64,000 bases of DNA, from assembly GCA_963666835.2 (NCBI GenBank), contig CAXXGO010000006.1, positions 2,368,001 to 2,432,000 on the forward strand, in the 5' to 3' direction. The notes below the pieces were generated by a model. The model worked only from the letters and a program-made list of their open reading frames with translations, had not been told where the DNA came from and did no database searches. The translations under genes and the position numbers were made by a program. The stretch's first letter is position 1. The number at the start of each line of letters is the position of its first letter. This document shows, one piece after another, positions 30,053-38,863 of the stretch. This DNA comes from Phycisphaerae bacterium (GTDB lineage: Bacteria; Planctomycetota; Phycisphaerae; UBA1845).

Positions 30053-32071
30053 ATGAGCGGTCCTGATAGACCAACCACGGAATACGTGATTATCTGCGTC
30101 GACGACGAGCCGGAGGTTCTGGCGGCGCTGGTCCGAGACGTTGAAACGGTATGCGCCCAGGCTATGCGCGTCGAAAGCTGTGCCAACGCTGACCAGGTGT
30201 TGGAGTTGGTGGAGGAGTTTCATGCGCCTAGGACGCGGGTGCCGTTGATAATCGCGGATCACGTCATGCCGGGCATGTCGGGCGTGGAGCTGCTGGTTGC
30301 CCTGCATCAGAGGCGGGACTACCGGGCGATGCGTAAGACGCTTCTCTCGGCCCGCACGACGCTCGAGGACGTAACCTGTGCGTTGAACCACGGAGCTCTG
30401 CACCGCAGTCTGAGTAAGCCCTGGACCCGGGAGGAGCTATCCGGCTGTATTCGCGAACTGTTAACCAGCTACTTCATTCATCACGCTCCGGAGGACATGG
30501 GTAGGTTTCCCGGCCTGGTGGACGCCGGACAGCTCCCCCGGGCTTACCGGGCGGCGGAACAGACCCGGCAGGAGCTCGACTCCCAGGTGCGGACGCTCAA
30601 GAGCGGTCTCTTCGCCGATATGGACATGAGCGACGAGGAGGTGGAGCAGGCGATGGTGGCGGCCATCGACGAGGCCTTGGATCATCCTCCGCGGCGCGAT
30701 TATCCTGCGGGTACGGTTCTCTTGAGCCAGGATCAGGTTGTGGAATCCGTTGCGATTCTGGTGTCGGGGTACGTGGAGCTGGCCCACCGGATGGAGGGAC
30801 GGGAAATCGTGACCCTCACGCATTCGATCGGCCGAATAATCGGTCTGCTGTCCCTGACTCAGCGGAAGCGGGCGTTCTACACCTGTCGGACGGTGACGGA
30901 AGTGACGGTCATCCCGCTGACGATGGAGCAACTGAACACGGCTTTGCAGGCCAACCCGTGGTTGAGCATCCACTTTATGACGGCACTGATTCGTTCAATG
31001 GGCAATCGTGCTAAGCGTATGACGCAACTGAAGGCCGAAGTGGAGATTCTCAATAGCGAATTACGGGGTGAGCGCGATCAGCTTGCCGATGCCTTGGATC
31101 GCTTGGAACAGGCCCAGATGAGGCTGGTTGAATCGGAGAGAATGGCGACTTTGGGGCAGATGGCCGCCGGTATCGCCCATGAGCTGAACAACCCGATTGC
31201 CGGGATTCGCCGGTCGGTGGATTTCATAGCCGAAGACGTCATTTCGCTGGTCATGTCGTTCCCTGAAGGGGAGGAGATCAAAGCGGTAATGCAGTCGGCG
31301 ATGTCGAGCACGCCGATCTCCACGCGGGAGCTGCGCAAATACGGAACGGCGTTGGACGCCGTGGTGGGCGACGCGGCCCGCACGCGGCGCTTGGTCAAAG
31401 TCGGGATCATGACGCCCGAGGCCTACAAGGAGCGTTTTGCGGGTCTGTCGGCCGAGGATGGTGAACGGCGTTTGCGGGCCATCGAGCGGTATCATGAACT
31501 GGGAACCGCTTTACGTAATGTCGGCACTTGCAGTGATCGTATCTCGGAGATTGTGCAGAGTCTGCGGTCGTACGTTCGGACGGGCAGCGAACCGATCGGC
31601 AACGTGGATATTCATGAAGGGCTGGAGGACACCCTGCGGCTGTTCGGTCACGAGCTGCACGACGTGCATGTCAAACGCTCGTACGGCGATCTGCCGCGTA
31701 TCGAATGCCGCGTGGGTGAGCTCAACCAAGTGTGGACGAATTTGGTTTCCAACGCGCTTCAGGCGATGGGTGGGACCGGGGAATTACGAGTCGAGACCGA
31801 TGTTCCGGATCGCGATCATGTTCGGGTCCGGACCACCGATAGCGGGAAGGGGATCGCGCCCGACGTTGTGGGTAAGGTCTTTGATCTGCATTTTACGACC
31901 AAGGACGGACGAGTGACGTTCGGCCTGGGGATGGGACTGGCGATCTGCCGGCAGATCATCACCAGGCACGGCGGGACGATTAGCGTTGAGTCTAAGCCGG
32001 GCGAGACGTGCTTCTCGGTGGTGCTGCCGGTGCGCTTTCCGCGTTCTTTCGAGGAAGAGGCGAAATCATGA
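30053..32071 (+). CDS. Hybrid histidine kinase: REC + cNMP-binding-like domain + HisKA/HATPase
   Basis: CVDDE...IADHVMPGMSG...KPW; GTVLLSQD..ILVSGYVE..IIGLLSL; AHELNNP; NQVWTNLVSNA, DSGKG, GLGMGL. Confidence 0.9.
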   Translation: MSGPDRPTTEYVIICVDDEPEVLAALVRDVETVCAQAMRVESCANADQVLELVEEFHAPRTRVPLIIADHVMPGMSGVELLVALHQRRDYRAMRKTLLSARTTLEDVTCALNHGALHRSLSKPWTREELSGCIRELLTSYFIHHAPEDMGRFPGLVDAGQLPRAYRAAEQTRQELDSQVRTLKSGLFADMDMSDEEVEQAMVAAIDEALDHPPRRDYPAGTVLLSQDQVVESVAILVSGYVELAHRMEGREIVTLTHSIGRIIGLLSLTQRKRAFYTCRTVTEVTVIPLTMEQLNTALQANPWLSIHFMTALIRSMGNRAKRMTQLKAEVEILNSELRGERDQLADALDRLEQAQMRLVESERMATLGQMAAGIAHELNNPIAGIRRSVDFIAEDVISLVMSFPEGEEIKAVMQSAMSSTPISTRELRKYGTALDAVVGDAARTRRLVKVGIMTPEAYKERFAGLSAEDGERRLRAIERYHELGTALRNVGTCSDRISEIVQSLRSYVRTGSEPIGNVDIHEGLEDTLRLFGHELHDVHVKRSYGDLPRIECRVGELNQVWTNLVSNALQAMGGTGELRVETDVPDRDHVRVRTTDSGKGIAPDVVGKVFDLHFTTKDGRVTFGLGMGLAICRQIITRHGGTISVESKPGETCFSVVLPVRFPRSFEEEAKS

Positions 32072-32559
32072 GCAACTTGGTAATTCTGAGCGTCGAGGAC
32101 GAGGTCGAGGTCCGCGATGCGCTCTTACGCGACATTCAGCCCTTTGCAGAGATCTGCCGGATCGAGGAAGCGGAAGATGTGGCCGATGCGCGGGATGCGG
32201 TCGCCGACTGTCACGAAGCCGGTGAGCAGTTGGCCCTGGTGCTTTGCGATCACATGTTGCCCGGGGAGTCCGGCGTGGATTTTCTGGTATCGCTCAAGAG
32301 CGACGAACGAACGCGCGGCTCACGGAAAGTGCTAGTTACCGGACAGGCCGGGTTGGATGACACGGTCAGAGCGGTGAATCAGGCGGGTCTCGACTACTTC
32401 ATCGCCAAGCCCTGGGAGCCGGAGGATCTTCTGGCGATCGTTCGCGCTCAGTTGACCACCTACGTGATCGAAAACGTGGATGATCTTCTTCCGTATGTTC
32501 AACTGCTTGACGGCGAGCGGCTGATGGAGGCGATCAAGCACCGCGGGCAGGCGGAGTGA
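32068..32559 (+). CDS. Single-domain response regulator
   Basis: VEDE, LCDHMLPGESG, LVTGQ, AKPW; ATGA overlap with the kinase gene. Confidence 0.92.
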   Translation: MSNLVILSVEDEVEVRDALLRDIQPFAEICRIEEAEDVADARDAVADCHEAGEQLALVLCDHMLPGESGVDFLVSLKSDERTRGSRKVLVTGQAGLDDTVRAVNQAGLDYFIAKPWEPEDLLAIVRAQLTTYVIENVDDLLPYVQLLDGERLMEAIKHRGQAE

Positions 32560-33089
32560 GTCTTCGCGCATCGCACGCCGTTGTGGCAGGTCTCGTGCCT
32601 CGACCATGCCCTACGGGAGTTCCGAAGACCTATGTAACGCGCGATCAGGTCTTCGCGCAATGCGCGCCGTTGTGGCAGGTCTCGTGCCTCGACCATGCCC
32701 TACGGGAGTTCCGAAGACCTATGTAACGCGCGATCAGGTCTTCGCGCAATGCGCGCCGTTGTGGCAGGTCTCGTGCCTCGACCATGCCCTACGGGAGCCC
32801 CGAAGACCCGTGTAACGCGCGATCAGGTCTTTGCGCATCGCGCGCCGTTGTGGCAGGTCTCGTGTCTCGACCATGCCCTACGGGAGCCCCGAAGACCCGT
32901 GTAACGCGCGATCAGGTCTTCGCGCAATGCGCGCCGTTGTGGCAGGTCTCGTGCCTCGACCATGCCCTACGGGAGCCCCGAAGACCCGTGTAACGCGCGA
33001 TTAGGTCTTTGCGCATCGCGCGCCGTTGTGGCAGGTCTCGTGTCTCGACCATGCCCTACGGGAGTTCCGAAGACCTGTATGACGCGGCA
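32560..33089. repeat. Tandem array of six 89-bp units, each with a GTAG-type REP
   Basis: Core GGCAGGTCTCGTGYCTCGACCATGCCCTAC at 32585, 32674, 32763, 32852, 32941 and 33030; lies between convergent genes. Confidence 0.92.
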
Positions 33090-33098
33090 TCAGAATAA

Positions 33099-34043
33099 TC
33101 ACTTGCTGATTGGCTCCACCGCGGTTTGGGCGAGTAGCCTGTCGGCTGCGGCCGGGTCGAATCGTCCCGGGAGCGGGTCGACCGCCGCCGCCGTGGCCGC
33201 GGCAAGCGCCTGGCGATACGAACCGATGACGTCCGCGCCGTGCTGTTGCGCGGCGACAAACGCGCCCAACATGCAGTCGCCGCATCCCACGGTGCTCTTG
33301 ATTCGCCCAGGGGCTACTGCGACTTGTCCGATGAAGGCGGACTCTGCGGTGAACAGATAGCCACCGGCCGCACCGCAGGTGATTATCACCACGTTGATCT
33401 TCCGCGCCAGGTTCCGCCCCAGCCGGACCAGGTCGGAGTCGGCGAGTGTCGTCTGCCCGCTCATCTCGGATAACTCGGCGACATTCGGCTTGATCAGCTC
33501 CAGCTTGCGATCGCTGAGGTTCTGAAGCAGCGCGCCAGGGCCGTCGACCACCACCTTCGCTCCGCGCGAGGAGGCCAAGTCGATAAGCTCGAGGGCGTAG
33601 CCTACGGAAATGCCCGGCGGCAGCGATCCCGAAAGGATCACGATGCGATTGGGCCGGGCGAGGAGCTCGAGCTTGGCGCGGAGCCGATCGAGATCGGTTG
33701 CAGTTGGTGTAACCCCGCGGTCCCGTACGTGGGTTTCCACGTCGCTGTCCGGGTCGATGATGGTGATGTTCTCGCGGGTGGTCCCCTTAACAGCGAGAAA
33801 CTGAGGTTGGACGAGCGTGCCGGAGAGGGATTGCTCATACTCTTCGAGCTGGTCGCGCCCAACGAACCCCAGCGCTATGCTCGCTGCTCCGAGCAGATGC
33901 AGGGTACGACTGACGTTCACGCCCTTGCCGGCCGGTATCCGAGACAACGTCCGACCCTTCAGATGTCCGCCGACCTGGAATCCGCGGACTTCCACGATGC
34001 GATCGATCGCGGGGTTCAACGTGATGGTGACAATCTGGTCCAT
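33099..34043 (-). CDS. 1-phosphofructokinase-family (PfkB) hexose kinase
   Basis: TITLNPAID, GKGVNVS, TRENITI, SGSLPPG, IKPN..EL, STVGCGDCMLG. Confidence 0.92.
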   Translation of the reverse strand: MDQIVTITLNPAIDRIVEVRGFQVGGHLKGRTLSRIPAGKGVNVSRTLHLLGAASIALGFVGRDQLEEYEQSLSGTLVQPQFLAVKGTTRENITIIDPDSDVETHVRDRGVTPTATDLDRLRAKLELLARPNRIVILSGSLPPGISVGYALELIDLASSRGAKVVVDGPGALLQNLSDRKLELIKPNVAELSEMSGQTTLADSDLVRLGRNLARKINVVIITCGAAGGYLFTAESAFIGQVAVAPGRIKSTVGCGDCMLGAFVAAQQHGADVIGSYRQALAAATAAAVDPLPGRFDPAAADRLLAQTAVEPISK

Positions 34044-34142
34044 GGTCTGCAACTGAGCAAGCTGTGGGATACAAGGTGGTTCGTTCTACGCCTGCGAGCC
34101 CGGGTGCTACATTAGCGGGACGGAATCGCGTACGATAATGCC

Positions 34143-34877
34143 ATGGCGAATATTCGTGATTCCGCCGTGGTTCTCAAGCGTCTCGATTACTCAGAGACGT
34201 CTCAGGTCATTGTGTTCTTCACCAAAGCTCACGGCAAGGTCCGGGCGATTGGCAAGGGAATAAAGCGGAGTACCAAGACCCGCTTCGCCGTTGGAATCGA
34301 TCTTCTCGACCTCGGTGAATTGGTGGTCAGCCATCGGTCGGACCGGGCCGCGGCGTTGGCGAACGTCATCGAGTGGAAGCAGACCCGAAGCCTCTCCGGA
34401 CTGCGCGAGCGGCTCAATCGCACCTACGGTGCCCAGTACGCGGCAGAGATCTCCGGGCATCTGACCGAGGATTGGGATCCGCACCCGGAGCTGTTCGATG
34501 CCCTGGTAGCGGCTCTGGAGGAACTGGCCGATGCCACGGATGTGCTGGGGGCCGTCGTAGGCTATCAGTTGGCCTTGCTTCGTTCGATTGGTTCGCTACC
34601 CCGGTTCGATGCGTGTGTTCTCTGTGGTCGGACTGGGGATCTTACGCATTTCTCGTCGTTTGAGGGGGGCGTGGTTTGCCGTCATTGTGAAGCGGGGCAG
34701 ATCGAGAAGCGAGAGGTTACCGTGGCCACTTTGGGGGTATTCCAGGGCATGGAGGGCGCGGCATCGATCGTTGGGCCGTTCGATCTGCTCAATTACCACA
34801 TTTCCCATTTGATGGGGCGCGAGCCTGCTCTGGCCGCGAAGTTGGTCCCTCCCGCAAGACGCCGCACGCTTGATTGA
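34143..34877 (+). CDS. recO: DNA repair protein RecO
   Basis: AVVLKRLDYSETSQVIVFFTKAHGKVRAIGKG; Zn finger CVLC...GGVVCRHC. Confidence 0.92.
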   Translation: MANIRDSAVVLKRLDYSETSQVIVFFTKAHGKVRAIGKGIKRSTKTRFAVGIDLLDLGELVVSHRSDRAAALANVIEWKQTRSLSGLRERLNRTYGAQYAAEISGHLTEDWDPHPELFDALVAALEELADATDVLGAVVGYQLALLRSIGSLPRFDACVLCGRTGDLTHFSSFEGGVVCRHCEAGQIEKREVTVATLGVFQGMEGAASIVGPFDLLNYHISHLMGREPALAAKLVPPARRRTLD

Positions 34878-35234
34878 CGTTACGGTTCACTGACCCCGGC
34901 CACTGAATTTGCCGGACTTCCGCTTTAACAATGCCGTGAATCTGGGGGGACGAGATAGTCGGGGGCGTTGTCTCTCCAGGTTGAGCGTCCGGTGCGGATA
35001 GGGCCTGCAAGGTTGTTGTGGCGAAAGGTTTGTGCCGGATACACCGATGATCTCACCACTGGCTTCATCCAACAAAGGAGGTATGATATGCCCGTCGCGA
35101 CCCAAGCACGCAGGCCCTATGGCGGTTCGTCTGTTCCCGAGGATGTAAGTGCGAAGCACGGGGAGCGTCCTGCGAAGAACCGCAGGTCGTCGGGGGGGGC
35201 ACGATCCAGATACCAAAGTGATTTCGGAGTAGGC

Positions 35235-38200
35235 ATGGCAACTACCAAATACGTGTACGCATTCGGCGGCAAGAAGGTTGAGGGTAAGGCAGACCAGAAG
35301 GAGCTGCTGGGTGGTAAGGGCGTCGGGCTGGCGGAGATGACGCGCATCGGGTTACCGGTGCCCGCCGGGTTTACCATTACTACCGAGGCGTGCGCCGTCT
35401 TTAATGACCAGGGGCAGACCTGGCCGGCGGGCTTGGAGAAGGAGATCCGCCTGGCTATCGCAGGTTTGCAGCGCACCACTAAGAAGAAGCTGGGTGATGC
35501 CGATGACCCGCTCTTGGTTTCCGTACGCTCCGGAGCGGCGTTGTCGATGCCGGGGATGATGGAGACCATTCTGAATCTCGGGCTGAACGATAGGTCGGTC
35601 GAGGGTCTGGCCCGCGCCGCGTCCAATCCCCGGTTTGCTTTCGATGCCTACCGTCGCTTGATCATGATGTACGGATCGACGGCTCGGGGGATCGATCGGG
35701 AGCTGTTTGACACGGCCTTTGACGACGTGAAGGAAACCCGCACGGCCGTGCGTTTGGGACGGGCTCCCGGTGAGAAGGTCGTAGATACTGACGTCAACGC
35801 CGACGAGCTTCGCCATTTGGTCGACGTGTTCAAGTCCATCTATCGAGAACATTGCGGAGAGGAGTTCCCGCAGGACCCGTTCGATCAGCTTGCCGGAGCA
35901 ATCGACGCGGTGTTCAACAGTTGGATGGCGGAGAAGGCTGTCACCTATCGTCGGGTGGAGAACATCCACGGTCTGCGCGGCACGGCCGTCAATGTCTGCC
36001 AGATGGTATACGGCAACATGGGAGACGACTGCGGGACGGGCGTGTGCTTCACGCGCGATCCGAGCACGGGCGAAGCGACGTTCTACGGCGATATGCTGAT
36101 TAACGCTCAGGGCGAGGATGTGGTAGCCGGTATCCGGACGCCGCTGCGCCTGGCGGAACTGCGGAACATCATGCCGGAAGTGTACGAGCAGCTCGAGGCC
36201 GTGCGCGTGATGCTCGAATTGCACTACGGGGACATGCAGGATCTGGAGTTTACGATTGAGCGTGGCAAGCTCTACATGCTGCAGTGCCGGACGGGGAAAC
36301 GCTCTCCGCGGGCGGCGTTCAGGATCGCAGTGGATCAAGCTACGCAAGGTCTGATGACCGCGGCCGAGGCGAAGCAGTTGGTGAAGAAGAAGTACCTGCC
36401 GAAGAAGTACGAGGTGCCGGCGAGCAAGCCGATCATCACCAAACAAGATGCCATCCGGCGCATTGCTGCGACGGATATCGAGCGGTTGTTCTACCCGATT
36501 ATTGATGCGGGCGTACCCCGCGCGGAGTTGGACGAGAAGCGACTCGGCGAGGGGATCGGGGCGGTTCCCGGGGCGGCGTGCGGTGAGGTTGCGTTCTCGG
36601 CCGAGGATGCGGAAGCTCGTTCGCAAACCGGGGCACGCGTAATTCTCGTGCGCAAGGAAACGTCGCCGGAAGATGTCGGTGGGATGCACGTGGCGACCGG
36701 AATTCTGACGGCTACCGGTGGGAAGACGTCCCACGCGGCCGTCGTGGCCCGAGGCTGGGGAAAATGCTGCATCGTCGGCTGCGAGGCGCTGACGGTTGAT
36801 TATGATGCCAAGGAACTGTCGCTGAATGGCCGGGTGATCAGAGAAGGGGAATCGCTCACCCTCGACGGTGGGACGGGCGAGATTTACGAGGGCGAAGTTC
36901 CGCTGGAACGGCCGAGCGCTCCGCCGGAATATGACACGATCATGTCATGGTGCGACGAGATTCGCCGGCTCCGGGTGCGGACGAACGCCGATACACCGGC
37001 CGATGCCCGGCGGGCGGTCGAGCTTGGGGCGGAAGGGATCGGTTTGTGTCGTACCGAACACATGTTCTTCGATCCAAGTCAGCCGCAGCGGATTCGGGCG
37101 ATGCGCGAGATGATCCTGGCGGATCGTACGGAGAGTCGCCGACAGGCCTTGGACAAGCTGCTGCCGTTCCAACGTGGTGATTTCGAGGGCGTTTTCGAGG
37201 CGATGGACGGGCGTCCGGTGACCGTACGCCTGTTGGATCCGCCGTTGCACGAGTTCCTGCCGCATCATGACAATGCGGAGGCTCAGCAGGACCTGGCCGA
37301 CGACCTGGGCATCTCCGTTGAGGCCGTTCAGCGTCGCGTCGACCTGCTGGCCGAAGCCAACCCCATGCTCGGGCATCGCGGTTGCCGACTATCGATCACC
37401 TATCCCGAGATTCTGGAGATGCAGGTCCGGGCGATCATGGAGGCGGCGGTCAACTGTACGCAGCGCGGTGTCACCGTGGTTCCGGAGATAATGATCCCGC
37501 TCAGTATCGACGCCCGAGAGCTGGCGATTCTGATCGAAAGAACGCGGGCCGTGGCCGATGGCATCCTCAAGGAGCGGGAGTGCGATCTGAAGTACCTCGT
37601 GGGGACCATGGTGGAGACGCCGCGGGCGGCGCTGGTCGCCGGGCGGATGGCTGAGGTGGCCGAGTTTTTCAGTTTCGGAACCAACGACCTTACGCAGTTC
37701 ACCATGGCATTGTCCCGTGATGATTCCGGCCGCTTCCTGCCGGAGTACGTCGATCAGGACAAAGACGCGATCTTCCCGGACCAGCCGTTCCACTCGATCG
37801 ACATCGACGGCGTGGGGGCGCTGGTTCGCATGGCCTGCGAGAACGGGCGGGCGGCACGCAAGAGCATCAAGCTTGGGATATGCGGCGAGCACGGGGGCGA
37901 GCCGGCGTCGATCGCGTTCTGTGAATCGGTCGGGCTCGACTACGTTTCGTGTAGCCCCTTCAGGGTCCCGATCGCCCGGTTGGCCGCTGCGCAAGCCGTG
38001 ATTGCGGCGAAGGGTGCGGCTCCCAAGGCGAAGAAAGCCGCCGGCAAGAGCCCCGCTCGGGCTGCCAAGAAGAAGTCAGCTAAGAAGACGGCAAAGAAGC
38101 CCGCGAAGGCCAAGAAGGCGGCGAATAAGAAGGCCGGCAAGGCCAAGAAGACCACCAAGAAAGTAGCGAAGTCCAAGAAGACTGCCAAGAAGAAGGTGGC

Positions 38201-38291
38201 GAAGAAGGGGACCGCTAAGAAGAAGGCCGTCACGAAGGTGGCGAAGGCTAAGAAGGCGGCGAAGAAGAAGGCGAAACGGGCTCGTCGTTAG
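35235..38291 (+). CDS. ppdK: Pyruvate phosphate dikinase with Lys/Ala-rich C-terminal tail (alternative in-frame start at 35088)
   Basis: LLGGKG, VSVRSGA, GEDVVAG, TSHAAVVARG (phospho-His), GIGLCRTEHMF, FSFGTNDL, GICGEHGG. Confidence 0.97.
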   Translation: MATTKYVYAFGGKKVEGKADQKELLGGKGVGLAEMTRIGLPVPAGFTITTEACAVFNDQGQTWPAGLEKEIRLAIAGLQRTTKKKLGDADDPLLVSVRSGAALSMPGMMETILNLGLNDRSVEGLARAASNPRFAFDAYRRLIMMYGSTARGIDRELFDTAFDDVKETRTAVRLGRAPGEKVVDTDVNADELRHLVDVFKSIYREHCGEEFPQDPFDQLAGAIDAVFNSWMAEKAVTYRRVENIHGLRGTAVNVCQMVYGNMGDDCGTGVCFTRDPSTGEATFYGDMLINAQGEDVVAGIRTPLRLAELRNIMPEVYEQLEAVRVMLELHYGDMQDLEFTIERGKLYMLQCRTGKRSPRAAFRIAVDQATQGLMTAAEAKQLVKKKYLPKKYEVPASKPIITKQDAIRRIAATDIERLFYPIIDAGVPRAELDEKRLGEGIGAVPGAACGEVAFSAEDAEARSQTGARVILVRKETSPEDVGGMHVATGILTATGGKTSHAAVVARGWGKCCIVGCEALTVDYDAKELSLNGRVIREGESLTLDGGTGEIYEGEVPLERPSAPPEYDTIMSWCDEIRRLRVRTNADTPADARRAVELGAEGIGLCRTEHMFFDPSQPQRIRAMREMILADRTESRRQALDKLLPFQRGDFEGVFEAMDGRPVTVRLLDPPLHEFLPHHDNAEAQQDLADDLGISVEAVQRRVDLLAEANPMLGHRGCRLSITYPEILEMQVRAIMEAAVNCTQRGVTVVPEIMIPLSIDARELAILIERTRAVADGILKERECDLKYLVGTMVETPRAALVAGRMAEVAEFFSFGTNDLTQFTMALSRDDSGRFLPEYVDQDKDAIFPDQPFHSIDIDGVGALVRMACENGRAARKSIKLGICGEHGGEPASIAFCESVGLDYVSCSPFRVPIARLAAAQAVIAAKGAAPKAKKAAGKSPARAAKKKSAKKTAKKPAKAKKAANKKAGKAKKTTKKVAKSKKTAKKKVAKKGTAKKKAVTKVAKAKKAAKKKAKRARR

Positions 38292-38399
38292 GCATACACG
38301 CGCGCTGGGGTGGTTGGTTTGAGCCGCTCAGCACGGAACGTCGTTGTGCAACTACCGCCTATGGTTGGGTGGTGCGCCGACGCTGCTCCCCTCAAGGTG

Positions 38400-38730
38400 C
38401 TGGTGACCCCTGTGCTATCGATGGCAGGTCTCGTTCCTCGACCGTGCCCTACCAAGCCGGCGTCGCGAGGCGTATTCGACGAAGCTGGTGACCCCTGTGC
38501 AATCTGATGGCAGGTCTCGTTCCTCGACCGTGCCCTACCAAGCCGGCGTCGCGAGGCGTATTCGACGAAGCTGGTGACCCCTGTGCAATCGATGGCAGGT
38601 CTCGTTCCTCGACCGTGCCCTACCAAGCCGGCGTCGCGAGGCGTATTCGACGAAGCTGGTGACCCCTGTGCAATCTGATGGCAGGTCTCGTTCCTCGACC
38701 GTGCCCTACCAAGCCGGCGTCGCGAGGCGT
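38400..38730. repeat. Tandem array of four 85-86-bp units with the same REP core
   Basis: GGCAGGTCTCGTTCCTCGACCGTGCCCTAC at 38423, 38509, 38594 and 38680; linker differs from the 32.6-kb array. Confidence 0.92.
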
Positions 38731-38863
38731 TTCGCCAAGGCCATTTGACCCTCACCTTCTTGACAAATGTCAAGATCAGCAGGGCCAAGCAGATTGCCTT
38801 GACCTTTCCGGTGACGGCAATCTGTCTCGCTTCGCTGGTCGGCGGTGCGAATCCCGTTCCGTC

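Noticed and set aside
32560..33089. Possible CRISPR array (30-bp palindromic repeat at a regular period)
   Set aside because: The intervening sequences are near-identical rather than unique spacers, no cas genes are present, and the repeat is a dispersed GTAG REP.
32606..33360. Repeated 69-aa ORFs (MPYGS...)
   Set aside because: Translations of the tandem repeat; no RBS or coding signal.
38400..38730. Possible second CRISPR array
   Set aside because: Identical linkers; a tandem repeat of the same REP.
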